A DNA stretch of 64,000 nt, taken from the NCBI RefSeq assembly GCF_018350175.1, contig NC_058369.1, forward strand, positions 22,632,001 to 22,696,000, written 5' to 3'. Position numbers and translations under genes: made by a program. How positions within the stretch are numbered: the first letter of the stretch is position 1; every line of letters starts with the position of its first letter. The notes beneath the pieces are model-generated. The model was given only the letters and a program-made list of their open reading frames with translations, was not told where the DNA came from and made no database searches. This stretch comes from Felis catus. Lineage: Eukaryota. Shown here piece after piece: positions 38,905 through 50,055 of this stretch.

Positions 38905-39273
38905 TGTCAGGCACTAAATTATGTTTTTTCCCTCATCCAAATTCATGTGTTGAAGCCCTAACCTCCAACGTGATTATATTTGGAGATTTGGCCTTAATGG
39001 AGGGGTAATCAAGGTTAAATGGAAGCATTAGGACTGGTGTCTTTATAAGAAGAGGAAGAGATGCCAGGAGTGTGCACACACAAAGAAGAGGCCATGTGAG
39101 GACACAGCACGAAGGTGGCCCCTGCAAATGAAGAAGAAAGTCCTCACTAGAAACCAGCCCTGCCTGTACCTTCATCTGGGTCTTCTAGCCTCCAGAACTG
39201 TTGGCAAGCAAAGTCCTATTGTTTAAGCTACTCAGTCTATGGCATTTTGTTATGGCTGCCTTAGTTTTAAGAC
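38905..39273 (+). mobile_element. MaLR LTR (MLT1A/B-like)
   Basis: ccaaattcatgtgttgaagccctaacc...gcctccagaactg...gtttaagctactcagtctatggcattttgttatgg. Confidence 0.85.
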
Positions 39274-39279
39274 CGTAAG

Positions 39280-39904
39280 CTTTGGTCATTCCATCAGGTA
39301 AAGAGCCACAGTATGAGGTGCTTGCTAAAGGCAAAGGGAATACAGAATGGATGGTGGAAAGAGGGTGGATATAAAGAGGGAAGGTATAATTTACTCCGCA
39401 ATGAAGATAACATTCAATCTGAGACCTGATGACAAGAGGGAATGGAGATTGGAGCAAAGAGCATTCTAGGTAAAAGCAGAAGCAGGTGCAAATGCCCCAA
39501 GGCAGCACAACTATGACCACTTAACTGGTCACAGAAATGAGGACTGTAACTGTCATGAGTATTTCCTCCTTATTTTGTTATGAATGTGTGTATGTGTGTA
39601 GCAAATATCTTTGTTTTCTTCCCTGTGTTACCCTTCTAATATAAGATGTGTTGACTTTATATCATAGTATTTAAGTATTACTAACTTTACATTGTGGAAT
39701 TTAAATTACTGGATATTAAAGAGAAGAGTAAGCATCATCCAGGGATTTCACACCCTCTTCTGGGGAAAGGGTTAGTGCATTTTGGTTGTACACAGAGTAG
39801 TTCTATCATATTAGGTGGAATATGACCTTGTCATTGCCTTTATTCAGAGGTTAGGTACGGTTTAAGGAAATGCATGTGGATGCCAAGTTGGCAAGGGGTG
39901 GACT
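39280..39904 (+). mobile_element. ERVL internal 3' fragment with polypurine tract
   Basis: gaggtgcttgctaaaggcaaagggaatacagaatgg...gaggactgtaactgtcatgagtatttcctcc...gccaagttggcaaggggtggact, directly upstream of the LTR. Confidence 0.8.
39378..39508 (+). repeat. 131-bp direct copy of 41005-41135
   Basis: Manual alignment: ungapped, about 16 mismatches (~88% identity). Confidence 0.93.
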
Positions 39905-40321
39905 TGTGATGGTTAATTTTCTGTATCAACTTGGAGAGGTTTTTTTTTGGATGAGAGTAACATTTAAATCGGTGACCTTTGAGTAAGCAGATTGTTTTCC
40001 ATGATGTGGTGGGCCTCATCTAATCAGTTGATGGCCTAAATAGAACAAAAAGACTGGCCTCCTTTATCAAGAGGGAATTTTCCAGCAGACTACCTTTACA
40101 CTTCATCTGTACCATTGGCTCTCCTGGGTCTCCACCTGCTGGCCTTGGGACTGGAACTGCACCACTGGCTTTCCTAGGTCTATAGGCTGCCAGTCCACAC
40201 TGCAGATTTGGACTTGCTGTTCTCAATACTTGCGTGAGCCAATTTCTTATAATAGATCTTCTACTTTCTATATATATGCATCCTTTTGGTTCTGTGCCTC
40301 TGGACAACCCTGATGAATATA
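39905..40321 (+). mobile_element. MLT2 (ERVL) LTR
   Basis: Starts tgtgatggttaattt; ends ggttctgtgcctctggacaaccctgatgaatata. Confidence 0.88.
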
Positions 40322-40849
40322 TAAGCATTCAACATTGTATACCAAAACTGTGGATTTTTTTGGGTGGGTGAGTAGGACCATTCTTTTTCTTGTCTCTTAA
40401 TAATATAAAGGTGGTCCACAGCAACTCCAAATAGCTACTGATGACTCTTTAATTGCCTTTTTGGTGTTTGAAAAGATCATCAGATGCTTTTCATATCACA
40501 GCGTCAGTGCCCTGTGTTACCAGTTAGTGGTGAACTGGTCAGGACTTCTCTGAAATGCATTGGGCATGTACATCTTGTGAAGGTCCTCAGAGAACCCTGC
40601 TTTTCTACAAATCATTATGTGCTCTTGGAATACAATATTTGTGAAGTCTGAAGTTTGATAGAAAGCAGCCATGATCAGCAAGAGTCTTACTAGCCCAGTG
40701 AATATTACTTACCACTTTTCTTATTTGATTTTCATGACTGGTTATTTTGTTCTGATATATGTACTAGGATCATGCAGAGTCCTGTTTTGTGGTCAGTGGT
40801 GAACATGTGGTTACATGGAACTATACATCCATTTTATTTACAAAGGTTA

Positions 40850-41310
40850 TCAAGGTGCTGCTTCTAGGAAGCTTACTGTCTTGTGGGGGAAGGAAATAAG
40901 AAACAAATGAGCAAGAAAGTGTCCTCAGATGTAAGTAAGAACTAGGCAGAGCAACAGGCCATCTGCTAGTGTGCTGCTAGGTAGTGGTTCCATCTCTGTG
41001 TCCGGGGAAGGGATCATTTATTCTGCAATGAAGATAACGTTCAATCTGAGACCTGATGACAAGGAGGAATGGAGATAGGAACAGAGAGCATTCTAGGTAG
41101 AAGCAGAAGCAGGCGCACGTGCTCCAGGGCAGCACGGCTTGCAGATTGTGAGGTATGGACAGTCTCAGCCGAAGAATGTAGAGGGGAGAATGGTGAGGGG
41201 GATGAGTAGACGCAGTCAGGGCCAGATCAAGTGGAGAGGTTGGGAAATGGATACCCAGTGGGAAATCAATCCAGGTTTGGCTCCTGCATGGCATAGATCC
41301 TGCTACAGGG
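40850..41310 (-). mobile_element. L2 fragment (contains the donor of the 131-bp copy)
   Basis: Purine-rich L2-like blocks: gcttactgtcttgtgggg, tctgagacctga, gagcattctagg, ggccagatca. Confidence 0.55.
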
Positions 41311-41485
41311 TTTTGAAAAGGGGGGGGGGGGCACGGATAGGCTTGGGGCACAGGAGGGAAGAGGATTCCTCAAAAGATGAGAGTGATAGACTCAAGTCAC
41401 TGCAAGAGGTGGGGAAGTAGAGTCAGCCTCTGAAGCATAATTGCTGAGCATCTCCAACTCTGCTGTGAGAATCAGTGTCTTTTTG

Positions 41486-41662
41486 TTTTGAAGCTAAGAG
41501 ATGACAAGTATATCTGCATAACCAACTTAATTTGAAACCATAGATTATTTAGAATGGAATAAGGTGACAAATGCGGGATTCTTCATGGAAACATCGTTAC
41601 TGCCATCTGCCACTGTTTATTTAGAATCTGTAGACCGTGGCATTGTAGTGAGTGCAAATGGG
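41486..41662 (+). repeat. Partner arm of the 177-bp inverted duplication
   Basis: Reverse complement of 38580-38756. Confidence 0.97.
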
Positions 41663-42649
41663 TGGAAATTTCAACTGTCAACCTATTTTGGTCAAAAAAG
41701 GGCTCTTGCAGCCTTCCCCTCCACACTGATCCCACACCATCTAGTTTTTAGGGCAATTTCAGAAATGGAGTAGCTTTATTGCCTCCCTAAACAATGTTTG
41801 CCTTGTGTCTGCTCTGGCTCTTGAAATCTGTATCCTTTCTCTTGAATCTAAACACATATTGTTCCTTTGGAGCTTAAGTGTGGCACTGATAAGGAGCAGA
41901 AGTACTATTAGGTGACCTGGCTCCAAGGGGCTAGTTAGATAAATATCAAAATGATATTGTCATAAAATGATTCCGTTGATAAGACAGAACAGTAGTGTGA
42001 AATTTGAGGACGTGCTGGGTTATAGCGAGGCCCTGGTGTTTTACTGTTCAAGCTCTCCTGTTGAACTCTGCTTGGTTCCAGTGTTTATGTACTGTCTATT
42101 AGCAGCTTTTGAAAGATTTTATTCCTGTAGTAATGTCTCTAGAAATACTCCTTAATTGGGACCTCAAGATACATGTATGTAAAGTGCCTGGATCCCAGTG
42201 GGTCCAATTTCTGTTTTTGCAGAGCTGCCTTGTTAGTACGATAATATTGTTCAAAAAAATAAAAATTCCCTTTATACAATTTTGCTCAAGGACAAGCAGA
42301 TCCTTACAGGAAAAACCTCTGCTTTCTCCAAGGATGGTCTGATAATGTGATTGTCAGGAAAATAGCGCTAGATTTAGGTTGAGCTCCGTGTACTGGATTG
42401 CACACCAAACTTTATTTGAGAATACCTCAATTATACTATGTGTATATATAGATTTACTAGTAGATAACATCAGCCCTACCTATTAAGGGAAATGTTTGTC
42501 TCAGGGTCAAGCATGAACAGGGAGCTGTCTCATTTCTGTGGTCAAGGGCAGTGGGCCGGTGTCTTGGCTCTCTCCTGTCTTCTAGGATTTATTTTTACTT
42601 TTTCTTTGTTTTAGAAGTCTTTGAGGGGGTGGATTCTGTAAAGACTTAC

Positions 42650-42748
42650 CTGGCCAGGGATTTTGTAATTAGGACTTGGCTTCAGGTCTTTAAAAGCAGA
42701 CTTTTTTGTCTCCAGGAGTTCCTGCACATTCCACACCAAGGCTTCCAT
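42650..42748 (-). other. Candidate first coding exon of an unannotated minus-strand transcript (MEALVWNVQELLETKKSAFKDLKPSPNYKIPGQ); unverified
   Basis: Strong Kozak context aagaccATGG, 33 open codons, perfect phase-0 donor CAG|GTAAGT; no recognised homologue. Confidence 0.2.
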
Positions 42749-44074
42749 GGTCTTGCTCTTCACTCTGGTATCTTCGTGCAGGCTGCCCACCCAGGGACGC
42801 CGAACTGAATTTCTCTGCTCTCTATTCTGTTGTCTATTCTATTCTGTGTTTGCCATCTGTGCCCTGCTGTCTGGCTGTGGTCGCCCAGCTCGTTTGTGCC
42901 AGGGATCTGAGTGACACTTCCCGTGTTCCTACTATTCCAGAGCCTGCTGTTGACCGAGGGTTCCGCGAGAGGGTGGAGAGGTCTTGGGGTGGCCAGAAGA
43001 GTGTGGCCAGTAGGAGGAATAGGCCCCAAGGAAGCACAGTGGATCTCAGCTTCCACACAGCATGGTTCTCACCTGAAATCATTCCCTGGCCTCAGCAACT
43101 GTCCGTACTCTCTGAGACTTTGCTGGCCATCCTAGAGTCACCTAACTTTTGCCTTTTGAATGATCCTGTGGTTTTGGCTGGTCTTTAAAGATTAGGATTT
43201 GATTCATTTTCTCACTGAATCATCCTGTGGCCTTCTTTTTTACTGGTGGGTCTGAAATTAGACCTTTACTATAATAGCAAAGATTCAAAACTGCCCTGGG
43301 TTTGACCCAACTGCTTCAGGCAATGTTGCCTAGAGCATCTTCTTGTTGGTGTGACATATTTCAAAATACTATAGCAAGCGTGTGTTTTTAAGGTGTTTCT
43401 TTGTTCAGCATAAGGAGCTTTGCGGCATTAATTCCTTTGCGAATAAGAGGTTGTGGTCGGGTCTCTTTATTCCTGTTACACATGTTTGATAGGGAGGAAG
43501 GTATTTGCATATTCGTGTATGTGTGCTTGCAATTTGGAGGAGTCCACGGTAGCAAGATCGGGATGACTTCAGTTTCTAATCCAGGACTCTCCATAAAATC
43601 ACGCAGGGATCTTGTTTAAGATGCAGTTCCTTGTGTTTCCTCACAGTGAGTCACGGGGCTGGGGCTGGGCTCCGACATACGGATTTTTTCCATTTTCCTA
43701 GGCGATGTTGATGCAGTTGGAGACCACTTGAGAAGCACTTCTCTGAGGAGCGATGCTCTCCCATCAAATGACAGGTTTGGGTTTGTCAGGGATGTGTCCG
43801 ATCTCTCGAGGGTCATTTTCCATTTCCAGATAGGAGCTGGGTTAAGTGGTGGTTCTTTATCTCCCAATCGGCTTCCATCCCACACTTCCGTTTCCCCTTT
43901 GTCGGGTGGCTTAGGAGCCAGTTAAAACCTTTAAGTAGCTTAGAATAATCCACTGTTGTTTTGGGGAACAACACAATGTATTCACTCTGAAGGAGTGTGA
44001 CGAGGTATCCACCAAATGCAACCTTCTGGTAGCTTCCAGGTGGTTACGTATGTATGCCTGGGTGTTAATGGGAG

Positions 44075-44270
44075 AAGACAAGGATTTGGGCAAATTCCTG
44101 AACTTCGCTGAGCTTCAGTTCCCCTGCATGAAAATGGAGGTAATAATAGTACCTAATGCACGGGGTTGTTGTAAAGATTACATGTTCAATGTTGAGAATA
44201 CAGCCTGGCATGTAATAAGTGCTGCATCAGTGTCAGTTGCTATTACTATTATTGTTGTTACTGTTGTTAC
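44075..44270 (+). mobile_element. MIR
   Basis: ttgggcaaattcctgaacttcgctgagcttcagtt...aaaatggaggtaataatagtaccta...acagcctggcatg. Confidence 0.8.
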
Positions 44271-47200
44271 TAACTTATTTGAATTGTTGTGAAACTCTTC
44301 CCTATCAGAAATTCATAGGAAGCAACAAGAAAGATATGGGAGAACCCTATACCCAGTGGCTTGCATGCTCTAAGGGAGTCCGTGGATTTCTAGGACGAGC
44401 ACAGTCCTTATCTGCAATGTGGAGGCTTTATCAACCTATCTGCTGTGCAGAGCATTAATAGGACATTTTCCCATCCTCCAGCCCCAGCTTCAGGGTGCTG
44501 CCAATTGCAGATAAAAGCACTGGCGTAATCTCAGTTGAGTATTGTCTGCCTCCTTAATCTCGCCATCAGTGAAATTAATATTTGGTTGCTGAGGGAAAGA
44601 CAAACATCTGTAACTTTTCCCTGGTGGAGTGGCTGCCTGGTTTCTATTGCACACATTTTTCTCTCAGGTTAAAACCTGCCTTAACCTGATTTCCCCCTTT
44701 TAAGATGGAATCATGTTTGACTTAATGGTAATGTTTGCAGTGCTAAGCAGAGTTAAGAGTCATTCTGGCGTTAAAACCGTCTAAGCCTCTGAATAAATAT
44801 ATTGTTATCTTGAAACTTTCCAAACTAAACTCAGAATCCACTCAGGCGTCTTATAGGGCTTTGATAAATAGGAGGGCGGCTAATGATCCTGTAAATTCCT
44901 AATAATGTTGTGGCCACTCTCGCAGCCACATGCAGGGTGATGAAATGCAGGGTGACGCTGTGCACTGGGAAATGTCCACGTGAGTATTAATCCGCTTGCT
45001 ATTTGAAATAGTATCCCAATTACAGATTTATTTTGTAAGAATTTGGTGTTTTAGCATCATCTCTCCTCCTGACTGGTCTTCCCACTCCTTTTCCTTTTCT
45101 CAGTTCATCTTGCACAACGATTCTGGGTTCCCTTTTGTACAATAATATTTCCATCAGCTGGCTCCCTGATACCTCTAAGGAAGTATAATGCTTGGAGCTC
45201 TGTATGGCAGGCCCTTCCCTGTGTGCGTCCCACCCTACGTGGGTTGTCTCTGCCACAATACTGTTGTGCTGTAGACGACACTAGCTGACGCCCCGTTCTC
45301 CTCTCTGGCCTCTGCTGATGTTATTTTTATTTATTCTGCCTGAAAACCTCTCCCCTATCTCCACTGCTAGGTACTTTGGTACTTGGGGAATCCCTCAAGT
45401 CACATCCGATGTCTTTAAGCCTTTTCTAAACACTGTACCCTCAGAATTAATCATTTCCTCCCCCTTTACAGGAGTAGACATAGATGTCTGGAAGCACAGA
45501 GAGGTTAAGGGTCAGAGCTGGACAAGCAATGAAATAATGAGAAAATGAAAACGCAAAAGCCGTAGCTGGAAAGGGAATGTCAATGTCAAATTTAGGGGCA
45601 AGAAGTAAGGCTTTGCGAGGATGAATCACTGGCCTGCACCCTGAAAGAAGGTTGGGTATGCTGAGAACCTGAAAGGGAAGCCTCTAAACCTGAGACAGCA
45701 ACACCTTTTCTGTTAGATCTGTAATCTTGTTAGTAGAGATGTGCAGTCTGTGCTGGGTACCAGGTCTTGCTAGGACCAGAGAAGGAAGTCCTCAAGATTG
45801 AACAGCTACCCTCTCTCCAGCTGTGCGGGTCAAGAGACCACCTGGTGAGGAGCGTAGCAGCTTCAGGCCTCTTCCTGTTCCATGTAGGGGCTGCCCTGGG
45901 TACAGCAGAACCTGATTGTAAATCAAAAAGGCTTTTGAGTGAGAGAAAAAGAAAGGAGGTTTATTAGGCTTATGTGCTAATATGGGTTTCCCCAAGTTCA
46001 TGCTGCTTCCCAGATTTTCCCACATGATCTAGGAAATGGTGAATGGCACCTGCAGGCCAATTTCACATTAATGATAATGTGTTACTCTGTTACTGATGCC
46101 ATCACCATTGAAATGCAGAATTTTCTTCTTCTGCCCGGGACCTCTCTAAGAGCAGCATCTATGAGATACAGTTTTCTTCCCAGTATACTTTCTCACCCAG
46201 AAACTCTGTAAAAAAACAAAAACAAAAAAACTTCTCTGATTAACAGGAAGGTAGTTTTCCACGTTATTTGTTCTACATTTTTTTCTTTTTTTTTTTTTTT
46301 TTTTTTGGTCAATGCCAGCACTTTATACATCTGCATTTGGCCCTTCCTTCCCCCACTTGGACCGACTTTCAGGCTACAGTAAGCAGGGTCTAGTTAGGAG
46401 CACTGAAGCAGAAATGCAGATTCAATGAGTAATTATTAAGAACTTTCCAGAATATTAGCTGTTTCAGTTGCTGCAGTGACTAGTGATGGAATAGTCCATT
46501 AGACATTTCTGTTCCCAGCAACTCCTGAGAATTGATTCCAATCTGAGGCAGGCAACCGCTTTGATCAATACCATAATTACTCTTATTGATGGATTGTTTT
46601 ACAATGGTAGCCATCAAGGCAGTCCGTCAGCTCAGGAGGCACCAGAACTGTCCCCTGCAAGCCGTAATGTACCGCAAATATTTGATTCAAATCAACTTAC
46701 TATTGAGGCCAGGATGACAAGCGTGAAATTAATTGTTCCACTTCATGTAAGACCTGCATTCTTCTTTTGAGAGAGTAATTGGTTGCCGCATGTAGCACAA
46801 GAGCTGAGGAGCCTCGCCTCTCTGCAATGTTTATGGACTTGGTGTTTTCCCCCACCAGCTATTTTTCCCCTGACTCTTTTAGGTGTCAGCGGTATCATGC
46901 AGCTGCTGTTCCCGCCGTGGTTGTTTTGTAGTGGCTCTTGTCATGTCAGAGAGACTGTTGCCTTCTAGAAAGGTTGATTGCCGCCAGAGTAAATTTCTTC
47001 TCTGAAAAGCTTGTTTATAAAAAGAGGGGGTTTTGTTGGCCAACACAAAAGCAAGAAGACCTCAAAGCGTTTCTGGAAGGTATAGAACTAACTAGGCAAA
47101 TGGCAGTGAGTCTAATGTTCTTTCATGGTTGCAGTAGGCGAATTCAAGATGTGTGATCAATTTGCTGAGAATCTTCTGAATACAGTTGGCATCAGACGCC

Positions 47201-48329
47201 CACAGCTGGAGAAATGATGAGGCCACTAGAGATGACAAGTCAAGGACAACTGAGGAAGTTGGAAAGTGGGGATAGTCCCCACGGTGGCTTGTCATTCAGT
47301 CCTCATCAGCCGACCAACTTGTGTTGGATAATTCAAGACCCCAGTACAATTTAAGGAAAGTATTATAAAATATTTTTATAAGAAAATCAAGTATGCAAGT
47401 TCATAGTGGTGCCAGGAAGGGTGAAAGGGCTATAGAAACAGAGGGGCATCAAAGCACAGTAACCTTCATGGCTTAAGGGCTTTCTGGAACCCTGGTTACC
47501 TGGATATCCTACTGAAGATGAGGATGGCTTAGATTCTAGGGATAAGTCAGAAGTTAGTTCTGCTGGGTTGGCAATGCCTTTTAATTTAATCATTGTTTAT
47601 TGTAGCATTTCCAAATTGGTTACTATGGGAATTTATGGAAGAAAAAGGGATTCTGTGACAACTTATCCTAAAGCCAAACGGTAATTCCTGAGTGCTGGCC
47701 ATGTGTAAGTACTGTTCAGGCCCTGGGGCTACCCTAGTACATGAGGCCCTGGACCCCTGAAGCTTACATTCTTGTGGGATAGACAATAACTGTACACTCA
47801 AATATGGCAGGTCATGTCAGATAGCGTCTGGGATGGCAGATGATGGAAGGTGGCCACTCTGCCTGATGTTGGAGAACGAAGGCCAAGAAAGAATAAGTAA
47901 CGTAGGTTTGATTCCACTGTAGCTCATGAGCTTGAAACCACCTTTACCATTAAACTTGATTTGTCTTTGAGACATTCTAGTGTCAGAGCTTTCCTTTTAC
48001 ACCTTGGAAGGAAGAGATTTTATGCTATCGGTGGTCAGGGGAAAGAGCCGATATAAAATACCCAATTGAGAATGTTGGGGATGGCTCTAGAGGTAAGTAG
48101 TTCTATTTCTGCTCAGTCATGTAAGTGTTTGAAAGTATTGATTGAACGCTTTCACAACACCTGAAGGGATCAGGACTGATTAATAATAAATAGCCTAGAA
48201 AAGCAGAACTCAGAGAATTATAAAACTCCAGATGATGCTGGCTAGGAAGGAGGATTCCACATTATTCAGTTGCATATGGTGAGATGCAACACGTAACCTC
48301 ATTAACTCACACCTCTGCTGGAGTGGACT

Positions 48330-48860
48330 GATGTGGCTGAAGTACCAACCTGGTCACCACGCTTTCCCATTGCCCAGTTTGGGGTGTCTTTGAGGATCAT
48401 CTCCTCCTTCGTGTTGTTGCTGGAACCCTATAAGCTCCAGCCACAAGGTGGAATGAATGCCCAGTGTTGGCCCGCCAAGGTCCTAGGACACATGAGTTGC
48501 TCCAGTAAAGGGCTTGTGACTTAACACTAGGCCAATGAGAGCTTTCTCCAGGAACCAGTGAGAAAGACATTCTTTCTACCAGGGTGGCTAAACTGAGGGA
48601 ATGAGTCTGGCATGGTGATGTGAACCTGACAGAACACTTAGGAAGTAGTTATCTGGAAGCAAGTCAGTTGGGCCGAGAGCCGTAATGCAGGGAGAAACAA
48701 ACATAGCCGATGTAGATATAATCCACACTTGTGAGTTCTTGATTCTTCAGGTTGCCTAGCTTAAACCAACATGCATATTTAATGGGGGAAAAAAAGTCCT
48801 CCAAAACCTAACAAAAAATTGAAATATGCCTCCACTTAGTTAAGCTGCACTGGTGAGATT
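48330..48860 (+). mobile_element. Old MaLR LTR (MLT1-type)
   Basis: gggcttgtgacttaacactaggccaatgagag and terminal ttaagctgcactgg...atttctgtt blocks. Confidence 0.45.
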
Positions 48861-49499
48861 TCATTTCTGTTACATGGAGAGCCAGGCAGTAGGATTGAAA
48901 GACCTTCTCCAGGAGGGAATGGCCAAGCTGACACCTGGCGGCTGTTTTTCAGGACTCACAAGGCCATGTGGTCACCTCTGGAAGCATTTACTATGATGCC
49001 AAGAGTCCTCCTAAGTAACTTTTATGAGGACAGCATCATAAATATATATCATCGGGGCTTTCTGTGAAGGAAACATACACAATTAAAAGTCAGTTTGGTT
49101 AAAACAGAAGCCTGCCAATACATTTATGTAGCTGCACAATAGGGGCTTCTGAGAAGAGACAGAATTTTCGGTTGCTTACGCAAAGTGCTGGGTTCTAGCT
49201 GCTCAGCTTTTGCGGTGCTAAGGGATTTTCAGTTGTGTTTACGGACCAGCTGTTCTGTGGAGATTCAGTAATATATGGGTGGAAGGAAGATGTTTCCTCC
49301 TCCTCCTCCTTGGGAATCCAGGGTCTTTAATCCTAACATCTTCCAACAAGTGAACCCAGTAATGTTTGATGCTTGTAAACGATGTCAGCTGTTTGCTTAG
49401 TTACGTGAGCCATTCCTTCTATGGACCTGGCCACAGGACAAATTTGTCTGCTTTCTAATGGAATTGTACTTATTGTATACATGCTGAGCTGTCACTCCC

Positions 49500-50055
49500 T
49501 GGAGCCATACATTGTGCTTTTTCTCTGGGGAGCAGACTCCTAGAATTGAGTGCCTCAAATTCCCACCTTGGCTTACAAAGCCACCAAGATGTGTCTCCTT
49601 CCCCACTGGGTCCCCCACCTTTTCTCCCCAGCGTTTAACAAGGCTTCGACCATACTGGCTTTCTTTATCCTCTTTAACCATGCCAACCTCTTTCTGCTCA
49701 GGACTTTTCCTCTCGTGTTCCCTCTGACTTGAATACTCCTCCCTCCCTTTTCTTTATGTACCTGGCTTGTCACTCAGGTCTCAGCTCATATGTCATCTTT
49801 GTAGAGGAGCTTGCACTTGACTGGGTGATCTAAGACCTTTGCCCAGTTACTAACTCTGTCATGCATAACCCTGCCTCCTTTTCTCCTTAATAGCTTTCTC
49901 TGAGATCCGAACTCATTTCCTCCTTGTTTTGTCTTCCCGCTAGAATATAAGCACCATGGCAGTGAGGGGATAGTCTGACCTATTCCCTGCCGTATTTTTG
50001 GCACCTGTGTCCTGGCACACAGTAATGGTCACTTATATTTCCAGAAAGAATAAAT
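49500..50055 (+). mobile_element. L2 3' fragment
   Basis: Pyrimidine-rich L2 body ending ctagaatataagcaccatg...cctggcacacagta...gaataaatg. Confidence 0.7.

Noticed and set aside
41564..41773. Twin ORFs MTNAGFFME... (also 38436-38678 minus) as paralogous genes
   Set aside because: Both start at GTG, similarity stops exactly at the 177-bp duplication boundary, and there is no coding or splice support
43702..43774. Plus-strand exon candidate with strong acceptor (ttttttccattttcctag)
   Set aside because: Weak donor (CAG|GTTTGG), 73 nt, peptide not recognisable
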